From the NCBI GenBank assembly GCA_019307945.1, contig JAFDIS010000003.1, forward strand, positions 19,357-83,356: a stretch of 64,000 bases of DNA, written 5' to 3'. Made by a program: the position numbers and the translations under genes. The notes under the pieces are model-generated. The model saw only the letters and a program-made list of their open reading frames with translations, was not told the origin of the DNA and did not search any database. Origin of the DNA: Deltaproteobacteria bacterium (GTDB lineage Bacteria > Desulfobacterota > DSM-4660 > Desulfatiglandales > Desulfatiglandaceae). Below are positions 27,369 through 36,664 of this stretch, piece after piece; the first letter of the stretch is position 1; each line of letters starts with the position of its first letter.

Positions 27369-28538
27369 TCAAAAACGCATCTTGCGTACCTGGGGAATCA
27401 AGTTCTCCTGGCACTGATTCAGGAAATACTCATCCGTCATCCCTGCAATAAAATCCCTGACAATACCCGGATCAGGCGTTGATTGACGGTAGTCGTCCGA
27501 CATGCCGTCCAGGAATTCGCTGAAGATGCTGGACGACTCATCGCCGGCCTCCAGGTCTCGGCAATATTTCTCGAAAAGCAGTTCAATCATCAGCTTGATC
27601 TTGTGCGTCTGCTCCTTGACCTTTCCGCTCTGGTAGATACGCTCCTGGTTAAACTCCTTCAGGTCCTGCAGGGCCTCCCCAACCCGTTCGCTGAACCGGA
27701 CCAGGTCCTGCCCGAGGCTGTTGGTCACCAGGTCCTCCACGAGGGTATACACGATGGTCCCGTTGGTCTCTCCCAGGACCTTCCTGCAACGGGAAGGCAG
27801 ATCGTCCCTCCGGATGAGACGCAACCGGATCGCGTCCTCGATGTCCCGTCCGATGTAGCTCACCGTATCGGCCATGCGCACCACGCAACCCTCCAGCGTC
27901 ATGGGGTGGAAATCCCCGGAGGGATCCTTGCACTTCATTTCCATCTCCCGATGGAGCCTGTCGAAATCCTTGTTTCTTCGGGGTGAGAGAGATTGGGTAT
28001 GCAGTTCTCCGTCGTGGCAGAAGATTCCGTCCAGGACCTGGAGCGTCAGGTTCCAGCCCCGACCCTTCCTTTCAATCCGCTGGAGAAACCGAACGCTCTG
28101 CACGTTGTGCAGGAACGGCCCGATTCCATGGGCCTCGCACAGGGCGGAAAGAAATTTCTCGCCGTCATGCCCGAAGGGGGTATGCCCGATATCGTGCCCC
28201 AGGGATATGGCTTCAATCAGGTCCTCATTCAGGCCCAGGAGCCGGCCTATGGTCCTGGCTATCTTGGATACGAGTTGGACGTGAAGCACCCGGTGGGTGA
28301 TGTGGTCGTTCTTAATAAGGTAAAAGACCTGTGTCTTGTCGATGTAGCGGGAATAGGCAAGAGAGTGCAGGATACGATCCGTGTCAACGGAAAACTCCTG
28401 TCGGTGCCCCATGCCCACCGAGGAATCCTCGTACTCCCTCACCGCAGAACGGCTCAGACACGCCAGAGGCGAGAGACGGGATGCCTCGCCTTCGTCGAGG
28501 CGGGATCGAATCTCATAGAGGGTCTCGTTCAGCCTCAA
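27369..28538 (-). CDS. dGTP triphosphohydrolase-like HD-domain protein
   Basis: 389 aa with HVQLVSKIARTIG and LGHDIGHTPFGHDGE (HD motif). Confidence 0.8.
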   Translation of the reverse strand: MRLNETLYEIRSRLDEGEASRLSPLACLSRSAVREYEDSSVGMGHRQEFSVDTDRILHSLAYSRYIDKTQVFYLIKNDHITHRVLHVQLVSKIARTIGRLLGLNEDLIEAISLGHDIGHTPFGHDGEKFLSALCEAHGIGPFLHNVQSVRFLQRIERKGRGWNLTLQVLDGIFCHDGELHTQSLSPRRNKDFDRLHREMEMKCKDPSGDFHPMTLEGCVVRMADTVSYIGRDIEDAIRLRLIRRDDLPSRCRKVLGETNGTIVYTLVEDLVTNSLGQDLVRFSERVGEALQDLKEFNQERIYQSGKVKEQTHKIKLMIELLFEKYCRDLEAGDESSSIFSEFLDGMSDDYRQSTPDPGIVRDFIAGMTDEYFLNQCQENLIPQVRKMRF

Positions 28539-28789
28539 TCCCTATCGCCTTTCCCGGTCCGGCGCGATTCCCGGTAGGCCTGCTTCAGCCCCTCCCAGGC
28601 ATTTTTGCCCCGGCGGGAGACGATCAGCCTCGCCTGCCGGGCCACATGATCCGCCTGTCTCGCCAGTTCCGGTTCGGTCGGCTCCGGGCCTTCCTCTTTC
28701 CTGTACTTCCAGCGCAAGGCCGATTTTGCCAGACCGATCTCGGCGCGGCGCACTGCGTCCCTCAAACCTTTCTTGAGTTCCTGGTCCAT
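28535..28789 (-). CDS. Hypothetical 84-aa charged protein, translationally coupled to the dGTPase-like gene
   Basis: Its stop overlaps the downstream start (ATGA at 28535-28538). Sequence starts MDQELKKGLRDAVRRAEIGLAKSALRWKYRKEEGPEP. No family recognised. Confidence 0.5.
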   Translation of the reverse strand: MDQELKKGLRDAVRRAEIGLAKSALRWKYRKEEGPEPTEPELARQADHVARQARLIVSRRGKNAWEGLKQAYRESRRTGKGDRD

Positions 28790-29159
28790 GGCTCCCGGGG
28801 GGCCCTTTCACCCTAATCAAAGGGAGCGCAACGGGCATGGGCCGCTACTTGCCTCCCCGCTCCACCCGAGCGGACAGGCCGAGACTTTTGAAAAACATCC
28901 ACTCTCGTCAGACTTTCCGCCTTTGCTTGCGCCATGGGGGATAGGCGGCCACTCCCCGCCCTTGCGGGATTTGTAGGACCTTCGGGCTTTATTCGTCCCA
29001 ACCAGTCAATGCCTGGGTCCGTCTCCTGCCGGGCATCCCGGAGCCTGCCTGTCGCTCCCTCGCCGGCGGTACCTGTTCCTCGGGCTCACGGCCGGCGGTC
29101 TTTTACTTGACCTCGAACAAAAACGAACATTTTCCAAAGCTCTCAGGCTGAATTTATCC

Positions 29160-29189
29160 TTGCACTGGAAGATGGGAAATGATAATAAT
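29160..29189 (+). promoter_or_regulatory. Sigma70-like promoter TTGCAC-N18-AATAAT inside the long rpsB-upstream spacer
   Basis: TTGCAC at 29160-29165; AATAAT at 29184-29189 within the AT run GATAATAATATT. Confidence 0.4.
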
Positions 29190-29199
29190 ATTAGCTTAT

Positions 29200-29365
29200 G
29201 AATTTTCTCCCGGAGCTGGTGTATTGCGCCTTGCAGGATTCCTCTCGGGCATTCCCTCTCCCCGGGTGCGGATCCCAAAAGCCCGTCGGAAACTCGCCTG
29301 AAAATATAGCAGGACGATTCCTGCAGCTCAAGAACGAAATGCATCAGGGCCGGCGGGAGAGATTC
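29200..29365 (+). ncRNA. Candidate structured RNA: extended imperfect hairpin, either an rpsB leader or an independent small RNA
   Basis: Hand-folded pairings: GAATTTTCTCCCG (29200-29212) with CGGGAGAGATTC (29354-29365); GAGCTG (29213-18) with CAGCTC (29324-29); GCAGGATTC (29233-41) with GATTCCTGC (29316-24); CGGGC with GCCCG near the apex. It starts about 10 nt after the promoter-like site. No credible ORF. Confidence 0.25.
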
Positions 29366-29555
29366 TTGAGGAAACGGAAACCGGGCTGTTCCTCTGCCGT
29401 GGGCCTTCTTGCCCGGTTTCGCGAGTACACATGCCCGGAGCGTCGCCCCGGTGCGCGCCCCCCGATCTTTCCAGGGCGTGACCCTTTCCGGGCAGAGGAA
29501 AAAACCGTGGCGAGGGGCCTCCTGGGCAGGGCCCCCGGAAACAAGGAGGATTTGG

Positions 29556-30416
29556 ATGGTTGCGATCAATATGAAGGAGCTTCTGGAAGCGGGCGTTCAT
29601 TTCGGTCATCAGACCCGGCGATGGAACCCCAAGATGAAACCTTACATCTTCGGGGCCAGGAACGGGATTCACATCATCGACCTGCAGAAGACGGTCAAGT
29701 TGTTCAAGACGGCATATGAATTCATCGTGCGGATCGTCTCAGAAGGGTATTCCGTCCTCTTCGTGGGGACCAAGAAACAGGGGCAGGATTCCATCGTAGA
29801 AGAGGCGGAACGATGCGGCATGTTTTACATGGTCAACCGGTGGCTCGGCGGGACGCTCACCAACTTTCAGACGATCCGCCGCAGTGTGGCCCGCCTCAAG
29901 GAGCTGGAGGCCATGAAGCGGGACGGCTCCATCACACGTTATACCAAGAAAGAAATCCTGAAAATGGAAAAGGAGATGCAGAAGCTCGAAAAGGTCCTGG
30001 GAGGAATCAAGGACATGGACGAGCTGCCGGGGGCCGTTTTCGTTGTGGACCCGAGACGGGAGAGCATCGCGGTAAAGGAGGCCCGGAAACTGGGAATCCC
30101 TGTTATCGCCATTGCGGATTCGAACTGCGATCCTGATGAAATAGATTTCATCATCCCCGGAAACGACGATGCCATCCGGGCCATCCGCCTGTTCTGCTCC
30201 AAGGTGGCGGATGCCTGCATAGAGGGTCATAACCTCGCCGAGGAAAGGCTGAGAGCGGAAGCCGAACGTCGCAAGGAGGAAGCGGAAGCTGAGGCGGAAG
30301 AAGTCCAGGCCAGGGCCCAGGAGGAGGGTGAAGGACCCGAGGTAATCGTGATCCCCAAGAAGGAGCAACCCCCGGCGGAGGGAGAACGGGAGGCTGCGAA
30401 ACCCGCCGCCGAGTGA
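29556..30416 (+). CDS. rpsB: 30S ribosomal protein S2 (with a Glu/Ala-rich C-terminal extension)
   Basis: Starts [27 protein letters not shown]. An AAGGAGGA RBS sits at 29543-29550. The track's upstream extension is rejected. Confidence 0.95.
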   Translation: MVAINMKELLEAGVHFGHQTRRWNPKMKPYIFGARNGIHIIDLQKTVKLFKTAYEFIVRIVSEGYSVLFVGTKKQGQDSIVEEAERCGMFYMVNRWLGGTLTNFQTIRRSVARLKELEAMKRDGSITRYTKKEILKMEKEMQKLEKVLGGIKDMDELPGAVFVVDPRRESIAVKEARKLGIPVIAIADSNCDPDEIDFIIPGNDDAIRAIRLFCSKVADACIEGHNLAEERLRAEAERRKEEAEAEAEEVQARAQEEGEGPEVIVIPKKEQPPAEGEREAAKPAAE

Positions 30417-30482
30417 TGGACGCCGGGGGGCGCGCCCCGAACCCGCGAACCACATCTCATCAAGCAGGGAGGAACTGGGAAA

Positions 30483-31085
30483 TTGGCACCTTCAATGGAA
30501 TTGATCAAGGAGTTGAGAGAAAAGACCGGCGTGGGCATCATGGACTGCAAGAAGGCCCTCGCCGAAAACAACGACGACATCGAAAAGGCGATCGAATACC
30601 TTAGAAAGAAAGGAATCGCCACGGCCAAGAAGCGGGGCGGCAGGACCACATCCCAGGGCCAGATCCAGTCCTACATCCACGCGGGGGGCAAGATCGGGGT
30701 GCTGGTGGAGGTCAACTGCGAAACGGACTTCACCGGCAAGACCGATGACTTCACCACCTTTGTAAAGGACCTGGCCATGCAGGTGGCCGCCACCAATCCC
30801 ATCGCCGTCGACCGCGAAAGGCTGCCGAGGGAAGTGGTGGAAAAGGAACGGGAGATCTACGCCACCCAGGCCCGGGAGTCAGGGAAGCCCGAAAAGGTGA
30901 TCGAAAAGATCGTTGAAGGGAAGCTGAGAAAGTTCTATTCGGAAGTGTGTCTCATGGAACAGCCTTTTGTGAAGAACCCGGATCTTACGATCCAGGACAT
31001 TCTCAACGAATTGATCGCCAAAACGGGGGAAAACATCGTTATAGGCCGTTTCGTCCGTTACCAGCTCGGGGCTTACGAGGATTGA
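30483..31085 (+). CDS. tsf: Elongation factor Ts (short form)
   Basis: Contains ELIKELREKTGVGIMDCKKAL. Either the TTG at 30483 (GGGAGG 10 nt upstream) or the ATG at 30495 is the start. Confidence 0.92.
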   Translation: MAPSMELIKELREKTGVGIMDCKKALAENNDDIEKAIEYLRKKGIATAKKRGGRTTSQGQIQSYIHAGGKIGVLVEVNCETDFTGKTDDFTTFVKDLAMQVAATNPIAVDRERLPREVVEKEREIYATQARESGKPEKVIEKIVEGKLRKFYSEVCLMEQPFVKNPDLTIQDILNELIAKTGENIVIGRFVRYQLGAYED

Positions 31086-31102
31086 TGCCGAGAGCCGAAG
31101 GC

Positions 31103-31837
31103 ATGGGAAAAGAGCAGCGCCATCCACGATTCGAGCGGGTCCTGCTCAAGTTGAGCGGGGAAGCCTTGATGGGCGAAAGGCCTTACGGGATTGACCCGGC
31201 GATGCTGGACCGAGTGGCATCGGAGATAGCCTCGGTCAGCGCCGCAGGAACGGCGGTGGCCGTGGTCATCGGTGGGGGCAATATCTTCAGGGGCCTTCAG
31301 TCTGCGGCATTCGGGATGGAACGAGTCCCCGCCGACCACATGGGCATGCTGGCCACCGTGCTCAATGCATTGGCCCTTGCGGAGGCCCTCAGGCGCATGG
31401 ATACGGACGCATGCGTCATGACGGCGATCCACATGGATCAAATAGCCGAACCTTATGCCAGACGGAGGGCCGTGGAACATCTCGCACGCGGTCGTGTGGT
31501 GGTGATGGGAGGGGGTACGGGAAATCCCTTCTTCACCACGGATACCGCTGCCGCGCTGCGCGCCATGGAACTGGACGCGCAAGTGCTCTTGAAGGCAACC
31601 AAGGTGGACGGTGTTTACGACGCGGACCCGGAACAAAACCCCGAGGCCAAACCGTTCGACCGCCTCACCTACGGCGAGGTCTTGGATCGGAGGCTGGCGG
31701 TCATGGACCTCACGGCGGTGTCTCTGGCCATGGGAGGAAACTTGCCGATCATTGTTTTCAATCTCCGCAAAAGCGGCAATGTGCGCAGGGTCGTGTTGGG
31801 AGAACGTGTGGGAACCGTCATCGGAGGAGAAGGCTGA
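31103..31837 (+). CDS. pyrH: UMP kinase
   Basis: Contains [23 protein letters not shown] and [17 protein letters not shown]. The ATG at 31103 or the one at 31085 (overlapping the tsf stop) is the start. Confidence 0.92.
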   Translation: MGKEQRHPRFERVLLKLSGEALMGERPYGIDPAMLDRVASEIASVSAAGTAVAVVIGGGNIFRGLQSAAFGMERVPADHMGMLATVLNALALAEALRRMDTDACVMTAIHMDQIAEPYARRRAVEHLARGRVVVMGGGTGNPFFTTDTAAALRAMELDAQVLLKATKVDGVYDADPEQNPEAKPFDRLTYGEVLDRRLAVMDLTAVSLAMGGNLPIIVFNLRKSGNVRRVVLGERVGTVIGGEG

Positions 31838-32394
31838 TGAAAGACGAAATCATGTCCGAGGCGCGAGAGAAGATGACTCGAACCACCGAGGCCCTTGACA
31901 GGGAGTTCAAGAGGATTCGAACGGGACGGGCCACGACGGCCCTGCTGGACGGCATCAAGGTGGACTGCTATGAGACACAGATGCCCCTGGAACAGGTGGC
32001 TTCCATATCGGTACCGGAAAGCCGGCTGATCGTCATCCAGCCGTGGGATCAATCCATCATCGGAGCCATCGAAAAAAGCATCCTCAAGTCCGAACTGGGA
32101 CTCACGCCCATGAACGACGGCAAAATCATTCGGATCTCCATCCCGCCGCTGACAGAGGAACGAAGAAAGGAACTGGCGAAGCTCGCCAGAAAGATGGCCG
32201 AGGAGAGTAAGATATCGATCCGAAACCACCGTCGGGAAGCGAATGAGATGTTCAAGGATCTCAAGAACGAGAAGGAGATATCAGAGGACGACTTTTACAA
32301 GTACCAGGAGGAGGTCCAGAAACTTACCGACGATTTCATAAAGAAAATCGACGAAATAACAGCAAAAAAAGAAAAAGAAATCATGGAGTTCTGA
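31837..32394 (+). CDS. frr: Ribosome recycling factor
   Basis: Starts [38 protein letters not shown] and contains [11 protein letters not shown]. The start overlaps the pyrH stop (TGATG). Confidence 0.93.
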   Translation: MKDEIMSEAREKMTRTTEALDREFKRIRTGRATTALLDGIKVDCYETQMPLEQVASISVPESRLIVIQPWDQSIIGAIEKSILKSELGLTPMNDGKIIRISIPPLTEERRKELAKLARKMAEESKISIRNHRREANEMFKDLKNEKEISEDDFYKYQEEVQKLTDDFIKKIDEITAKKEKEIMEF

Positions 32395-32533
32395 CCCCCC
32401 CTTCCCTACCCCCGGGACTTTGAGGGTCGCCGTCCCGGGGCCCCTTCAGGGCGCATGCGGGCCGCGGACCGCCGGAATCTGCCGCCAAGCTCCGAGGCCG
32501 GACCAGTCTGCAGAGCACGGCGCGGTAAAAAGG

Positions 32534-33256
32534 ATGAATCAAAGCAACAGGGAAAACCTGCCCCGTCATGTGGCCGTCATCATGGACGGCAACGGCAGAT
32601 GGGCCAAGAACAGGGGCCTCAGGAGGGTCCAGGGCCACGAAGAAGGTGCCAGGGCCGTCCGCGAAGTGGTCAGGGCCACCCGGGAATTGGGCATCCCGTG
32701 GCTCACGCTCTATGCCTTTTCCGAAGAGAACTGGAAGCGCTCCGAGCATGAGGTCAAGGCCCTCATGAGGCTGTTGGTGCGGTTTCTGGAAAAGGAAACC
32801 GACGAGATGATGGAAAACGGCATCAGGCTCCAGGCCATTGGCAGGCTGGAAAAACTGCCGCGAAAGACCCGTAACGCGCTCAGGGAAGCCGTCCGAAAAA
32901 CGGATGCAGGCAAGGAGATGGTCCTGACCCTGGCGTTGAGTTACGGAGGAAGGCAGGAGATCGCGGACGCGGTTGCCGCGATCGCCCGGGACGTGGCCCT
33001 GGGCGCACTGCAGCCGGAAAATATCACGGAGGAATCCCTGGCAGGCCGCCTGTACACAGCCGGCATGCCGGATCCCGACCTCCTGGTGCGTACCAGCGGA
33101 GAGTTTCGCATCAGCAATTTCCTCCTGTGGCAGATCGCTTACACCGAGATCTATGTCACGCCCACCCTGTGGCCCGATTTCGGGCGCGACGAGTACCTCA
33201 AGGCCATCGCGGACTACCAGAAAAGAGAGAGACGCTTCGGCGGTGCGCGGGAATGA
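32534..33256 (+). CDS. uppS: Di-trans,poly-cis-undecaprenyl-diphosphate synthase
   Basis: Contains HVAVIMDGNGRWA, LYAFSEENWKR, RTSGEFRISNFLLWQ and ERRFG. The internal ATG at 32534 is preferred. Confidence 0.92.
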   Translation: MNQSNRENLPRHVAVIMDGNGRWAKNRGLRRVQGHEEGARAVREVVRATRELGIPWLTLYAFSEENWKRSEHEVKALMRLLVRFLEKETDEMMENGIRLQAIGRLEKLPRKTRNALREAVRKTDAGKEMVLTLALSYGGRQEIADAVAAIARDVALGALQPENITEESLAGRLYTAGMPDPDLLVRTSGEFRISNFLLWQIAYTEIYVTPTLWPDFGRDEYLKAIADYQKRERRFGGARE

Positions 33257-33283
33257 GGCGAGGGGTTTGGAGGATCTTCATCC

Positions 33284-34087
33284 ATGCATTTGAAGCGATG
33301 GCTAACGGCGATTGTGGCCCTGCCTTTGCTCTATTTCCTGATCGGCCCCGGGCCGAGATGGCTCTTTTACAGCGTAATTTTCATATTCTCAATGGGGGGG
33401 CTTGCTGAATTTTACAGGATGGCGGCCCCGGACCTCCCCCAGCCGGTGCGTTTCGCAAACCATCTCCTTTCCCTGGTTCTGTTCGCCGCTCTTTACTTCA
33501 GGCAGGTGCTGCTCGTTCCCCTTGTGCTCCTGCTTTGGTCCCTCGTGACCTTGACCTTTTTTCTTTTCGTGCGTCCGGGTCCGGATGCCCGGGGGACCGG
33601 AGAAATGGGCAAAGGGGTGCTGGGTCCCCTTTACGTGACCGTCCCCCTGTCCCTTTTCCTGCTCATCGACATGCAGCCAGGCGGGAAGACGTGGATCTTC
33701 TTCCTCCTGTGCGTCATTTTCGCGGGGGACAGCGGCGCCTTTTACGCGGGAAAACTCTTCGGTTCCCGGAAGCTTTACGAGGCGGTAAGTCCGGCCAAGA
33801 CGTGGGAAGGTGCCCTGGGCGGGCTTTTTTGCAGCATCGTGGTGGCCTACGGTTTTCATCGCCTCATCCCCATGCGTTGCCCGGTGGGTCACGCCCTTGT
33901 CCTGGGAGGCCTCCTCTGTATAGCCGGACAGGTGGGGGACCTGGCCGAATCCATGCTGAAGAGAAACCACGGGATCAAGGATTCAAGCGGTATGCTCCCG
34001 GGACACGGGGGCATCCTGGATAGGATAGATGGTGTTCTGTTTGCCATCCCGCTCCTGTACGGATATCTCCTGTACACCATGGCTTGA
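33284..34087 (+). CDS. cdsA: Phosphatidate cytidylyltransferase
   Basis: 267 aa, polytopic. Carries the C-terminal signature SMLKRNHGIKDSSGMLPGHGGILDRID. Confidence 0.9.
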   Translation: MHLKRWLTAIVALPLLYFLIGPGPRWLFYSVIFIFSMGGLAEFYRMAAPDLPQPVRFANHLLSLVLFAALYFRQVLLVPLVLLLWSLVTLTFFLFVRPGPDARGTGEMGKGVLGPLYVTVPLSLFLLIDMQPGGKTWIFFLLCVIFAGDSGAFYAGKLFGSRKLYEAVSPAKTWEGALGGLFCSIVVAYGFHRLIPMRCPVGHALVLGGLLCIAGQVGDLAESMLKRNHGIKDSSGMLPGHGGILDRIDGVLFAIPLLYGYLLYTMA

Positions 34088-34156
34088 ACCCGGAAACTCC
34101 GGCGGACGGCCCTGTGGAGGGTCCATGGCCGGCCGGCAGGAGGTTTTGACGTCTCC

Positions 34157-35323
34157 ATGAAACGAATATCGCTCCTCGGATCAACGGGATCGATCGGCGT
34201 GAACGTCCTGAATGTGGTGAACGCACATCCGGACAGATACAGGATCGTGGCCCTGGGGGCGGGAGGGAATCTGGATCTTCTGGAGGAGCAGATTCACAGC
34301 TTTCATCCGCGTGCCGTGGCCGTCAGAGAGGAGAGTGCGGCGCGCAGGCTCAAAGAGCGCCTTACGGGTCCCGATAAACCGCAGGTTTTCTTCGCCACGG
34401 AAGGTCTTGTCCGTCTTGCCACATATCCGGAAGCCGATACGGTGGTCTCAGCCATTACGGGGGCGGCAGGGCTGGTCCCCACCCATGCAGCCGTTTCCAG
34501 CGGCCGGCACGTGGCCCTGGCCAACAAGGAAACCATGGTCCTGGCCGGCCCGCTGATCATGGAGGAGGCCCGGAGAAGGGACGTCAGCGTTCTTCCCATA
34601 GACAGCGAACACAGCGCGGTCCTTCAATCCCTCCAGGGGCACGCCCGGGAAGACGTCAAGCGGGTCATTCTCACCGCTTCGGGCGGGCCCTTCCGTGAAA
34701 TGCCGCTGGAGGAAATGAAGCGGATCACTCCCGACCAGGCGTTGCGCCATCCCAACTGGAGCATGGGACCGAAGGTGACCATCGATTCGGCCACACTCAT
34801 GAACAAGGGACTCGAAGCCATCGAGGCCAGATGGTTCTTCGGCCTCCGAATGGAGCAGATCTCGGTCCTGGTGCACCCCCAGAGCATCGTCCATTCCATG
34901 GTGGAATACATCGACGGATCCATCATCGCCCAGCTGGGAGTGCCGGACATGATGACCCCCATTTCCTATGCACTGTCCTACCCCAGGCACCTGGAAACCC
35001 CATTGCCGCCCCTGGATCTGGAAACGGTGGGGACCTTGAGTTTCGAAAAGCCCGACCAAGATCGCTTCCCATGCCTCGGCCTGGCCTGGGAGGCCGCTCG
35101 CATCGGCGGAACCATGCCCACGGTGCTCAACGGCGCCAACGAAATCGCCGTGGCTTCTTTCCTGGAAGGCAGGATCGGATTTCAAGACATCCCTCGCCTC
35201 ATCGAAAAGACCATGGCCAGGCATGAACCCACTCCGGCGAATGACATCGAGGCCATCATGGAAGCGGATGCCTGGGCCCGATCCACGGCGCGGGAAATCC
35301 TTGCAGGCCCTGCCCGGCGATGA
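34157..35323 (+). CDS. dxr: 1-deoxy-D-xylulose 5-phosphate reductoisomerase
   Basis: Contains LLGSTGSIG, ALANKE, DSEHSA and NKGLE. Confidence 0.93.
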   Translation: MKRISLLGSTGSIGVNVLNVVNAHPDRYRIVALGAGGNLDLLEEQIHSFHPRAVAVREESAARRLKERLTGPDKPQVFFATEGLVRLATYPEADTVVSAITGAAGLVPTHAAVSSGRHVALANKETMVLAGPLIMEEARRRDVSVLPIDSEHSAVLQSLQGHAREDVKRVILTASGGPFREMPLEEMKRITPDQALRHPNWSMGPKVTIDSATLMNKGLEAIEARWFFGLRMEQISVLVHPQSIVHSMVEYIDGSIIAQLGVPDMMTPISYALSYPRHLETPLPPLDLETVGTLSFEKPDQDRFPCLGLAWEAARIGGTMPTVLNGANEIAVASFLEGRIGFQDIPRLIEKTMARHEPTPANDIEAIMEADAWARSTAREILAGPARR

Positions 35324-35440
35324 CGGTGTTTGATCCGCGGGGTATCTCGTTGTATAATTACCGGGAATGAGATTGCGAGGCCGCCGTGGGCGGGAGACGG
35401 CGCGAATACCGTGGCGGGGCTTGCCCCGCCGATCAGACTT

Positions 35441-35575
35441 ACCACGGTGTCGAAAAACGTGGCGAGCGACTACCGGGGAAGCTCAAATGAGGAGTCTCCA
35501 GGGGAGAGAAGTATTTTGAGGCCGATCTTAACGCAGTTTCCATAATCGCAGTGGTTCTTCAACAGCCTGCTGAGG
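35441..35575 (-). repeat. Copy B of the roughly 150-bp inverted-repeat-ended intergenic element (opposite orientation to copy A)
   Basis: Its ends are GGTGTCGAAAAACGTGGCGAGCGAC and CGCAGTGGTTCTTCAACAGCCTGCTGAGG. The reverse complement aligns along its length with 26778-26927. Confidence 0.65.
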
Positions 35576-35587
35576 ATTTATAGACCC

Positions 35588-36664
35588 ATGAACCTTTTCT
35601 TATACTACGTCCTGCCTTTTGTCCTGGTCCTGGGCGTCCTGATCTTTTTTCATGAACTGGGGCATTTCCTTGTGGCCAAATTTTTCGGCGTCAAGGTGCT
35701 CAAGTTCTCCCTCGGTTTCGGATCCAAAGTGATAGGACGAAAGGTGGGTGAAACCGAATATCTCATCTCCATGATCCCCTTGGGGGGTTACGTCAAGATG
35801 CTGGGCGAAGGAGACGAGGAGGAGCCTTTGCCCGTTGAGGAGGAGGCCCGCTCTTTCGCCAACCAGCACGTTTTCAAGCGCATCGCCATTGTCTCGGCCG
35901 GTCCGCTGTTCAATTTTCTCCTGGCATTTTTCCTTTTTGCACTCGTTTTCGTGGTGACGGGCGAACAGGTGATGCAACCGGAGATCGGTCAGGTTCGGGA
36001 GGGCTCACCCGCTGAAAAGGCCGGACTCCTCAAGGGAGACCACATCATATCCGTGCAAGGAATTCCCGTGGATTCGTGGGAAGACCTCAAGACGATGGTC
36101 CGGAAGAGCGCCGGCAAGCCCTTGCGATTGACGATCTTGCGTGAGGGTCGCACCATAGAGGCCGTGGTGGTCCCCGAGATGTCAACCGTCAAGAACCTCT
36201 TCGGGGAAAGTATCCCCTCCCCTTTGATCGGGGTGGTAGCCTCCGGGGCCGTGAAGACCCTACAAATGGGCCCGTTCCAGGCCGTCGCCCGCTCCGCCGC
36301 CAAGACCTGGGAGGTCACCAGGCTCACCTTCGTGACCATCGTGAAGCTCCTCCAGCGGGTGGTACCCCTCAAGACGGTGGGGGGACCGATCCTGATCGGG
36401 CAGATGGCCGGGCAACTGGCCCGGGAGAACTTCGGCTACCTGATCCCCTTTATGGCCGTTATCAGCGTCAATCTCGCGGTCTTGAATCTGCTGCCCGTAC
36501 CTGTCTTGGACGGCGGGTTCATACTTTTTCTCCTGGTGGAATTGGTCCTGGGAAAACCCCTGAGTATAAAAAAGAGGGAATTCGCTCAAAAAATCGGCCT
36601 GTTCCTACTGGTCACGCTCATGATCTTCGTGCTTTACAACGATGTGACGAGGCTCCTGGAATGA
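35588..36664 (+). CDS. rseP: RIP zinc metalloprotease RseP (site-2 protease)
   Basis: HELGHF motif, one PDZ region, and the C-terminal NLLPVPVLDGG motif. Confidence 0.9.
   Translation: MNLFLYYVLPFVLVLGVLIFFHELGHFLVAKFFGVKVLKFSLGFGSKVIGRKVGETEYLISMIPLGGYVKMLGEGDEEEPLPVEEEARSFANQHVFKRIAIVSAGPLFNFLLAFFLFALVFVVTGEQVMQPEIGQVREGSPAEKAGLLKGDHIISVQGIPVDSWEDLKTMVRKSAGKPLRLTILREGRTIEAVVVPEMSTVKNLFGESIPSPLIGVVASGAVKTLQMGPFQAVARSAAKTWEVTRLTFVTIVKLLQRVVPLKTVGGPILIGQMAGQLARENFGYLIPFMAVISVNLAVLNLLPVPVLDGGFILFLLVELVLGKPLSIKKREFAQKIGLFLLVTLMIFVLYNDVTRLLE

Noticed and set aside
28860-28900. Possible third, partial copy of the inverted-repeat element (CAGGCCGAGACTTTTGAAAAACATCC resembles the CAGCAGGCCGTCGAAAAAC end).
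   Set aside because: Only about 15 matching positions at one end, and no matching second end or internal blocks. This is indistinguishable from chance without a computed alignment.
29006-29569. 187-aa minus-strand ORF filling the rpsB upstream spacer.
   Set aside because: The translation is Pro/Arg/Gly/Cys-rich with no motifs, and its start lies inside rpsB. There is no RBS, and it runs antisense to the promoter/hairpin arrangement. Treated as spurious.
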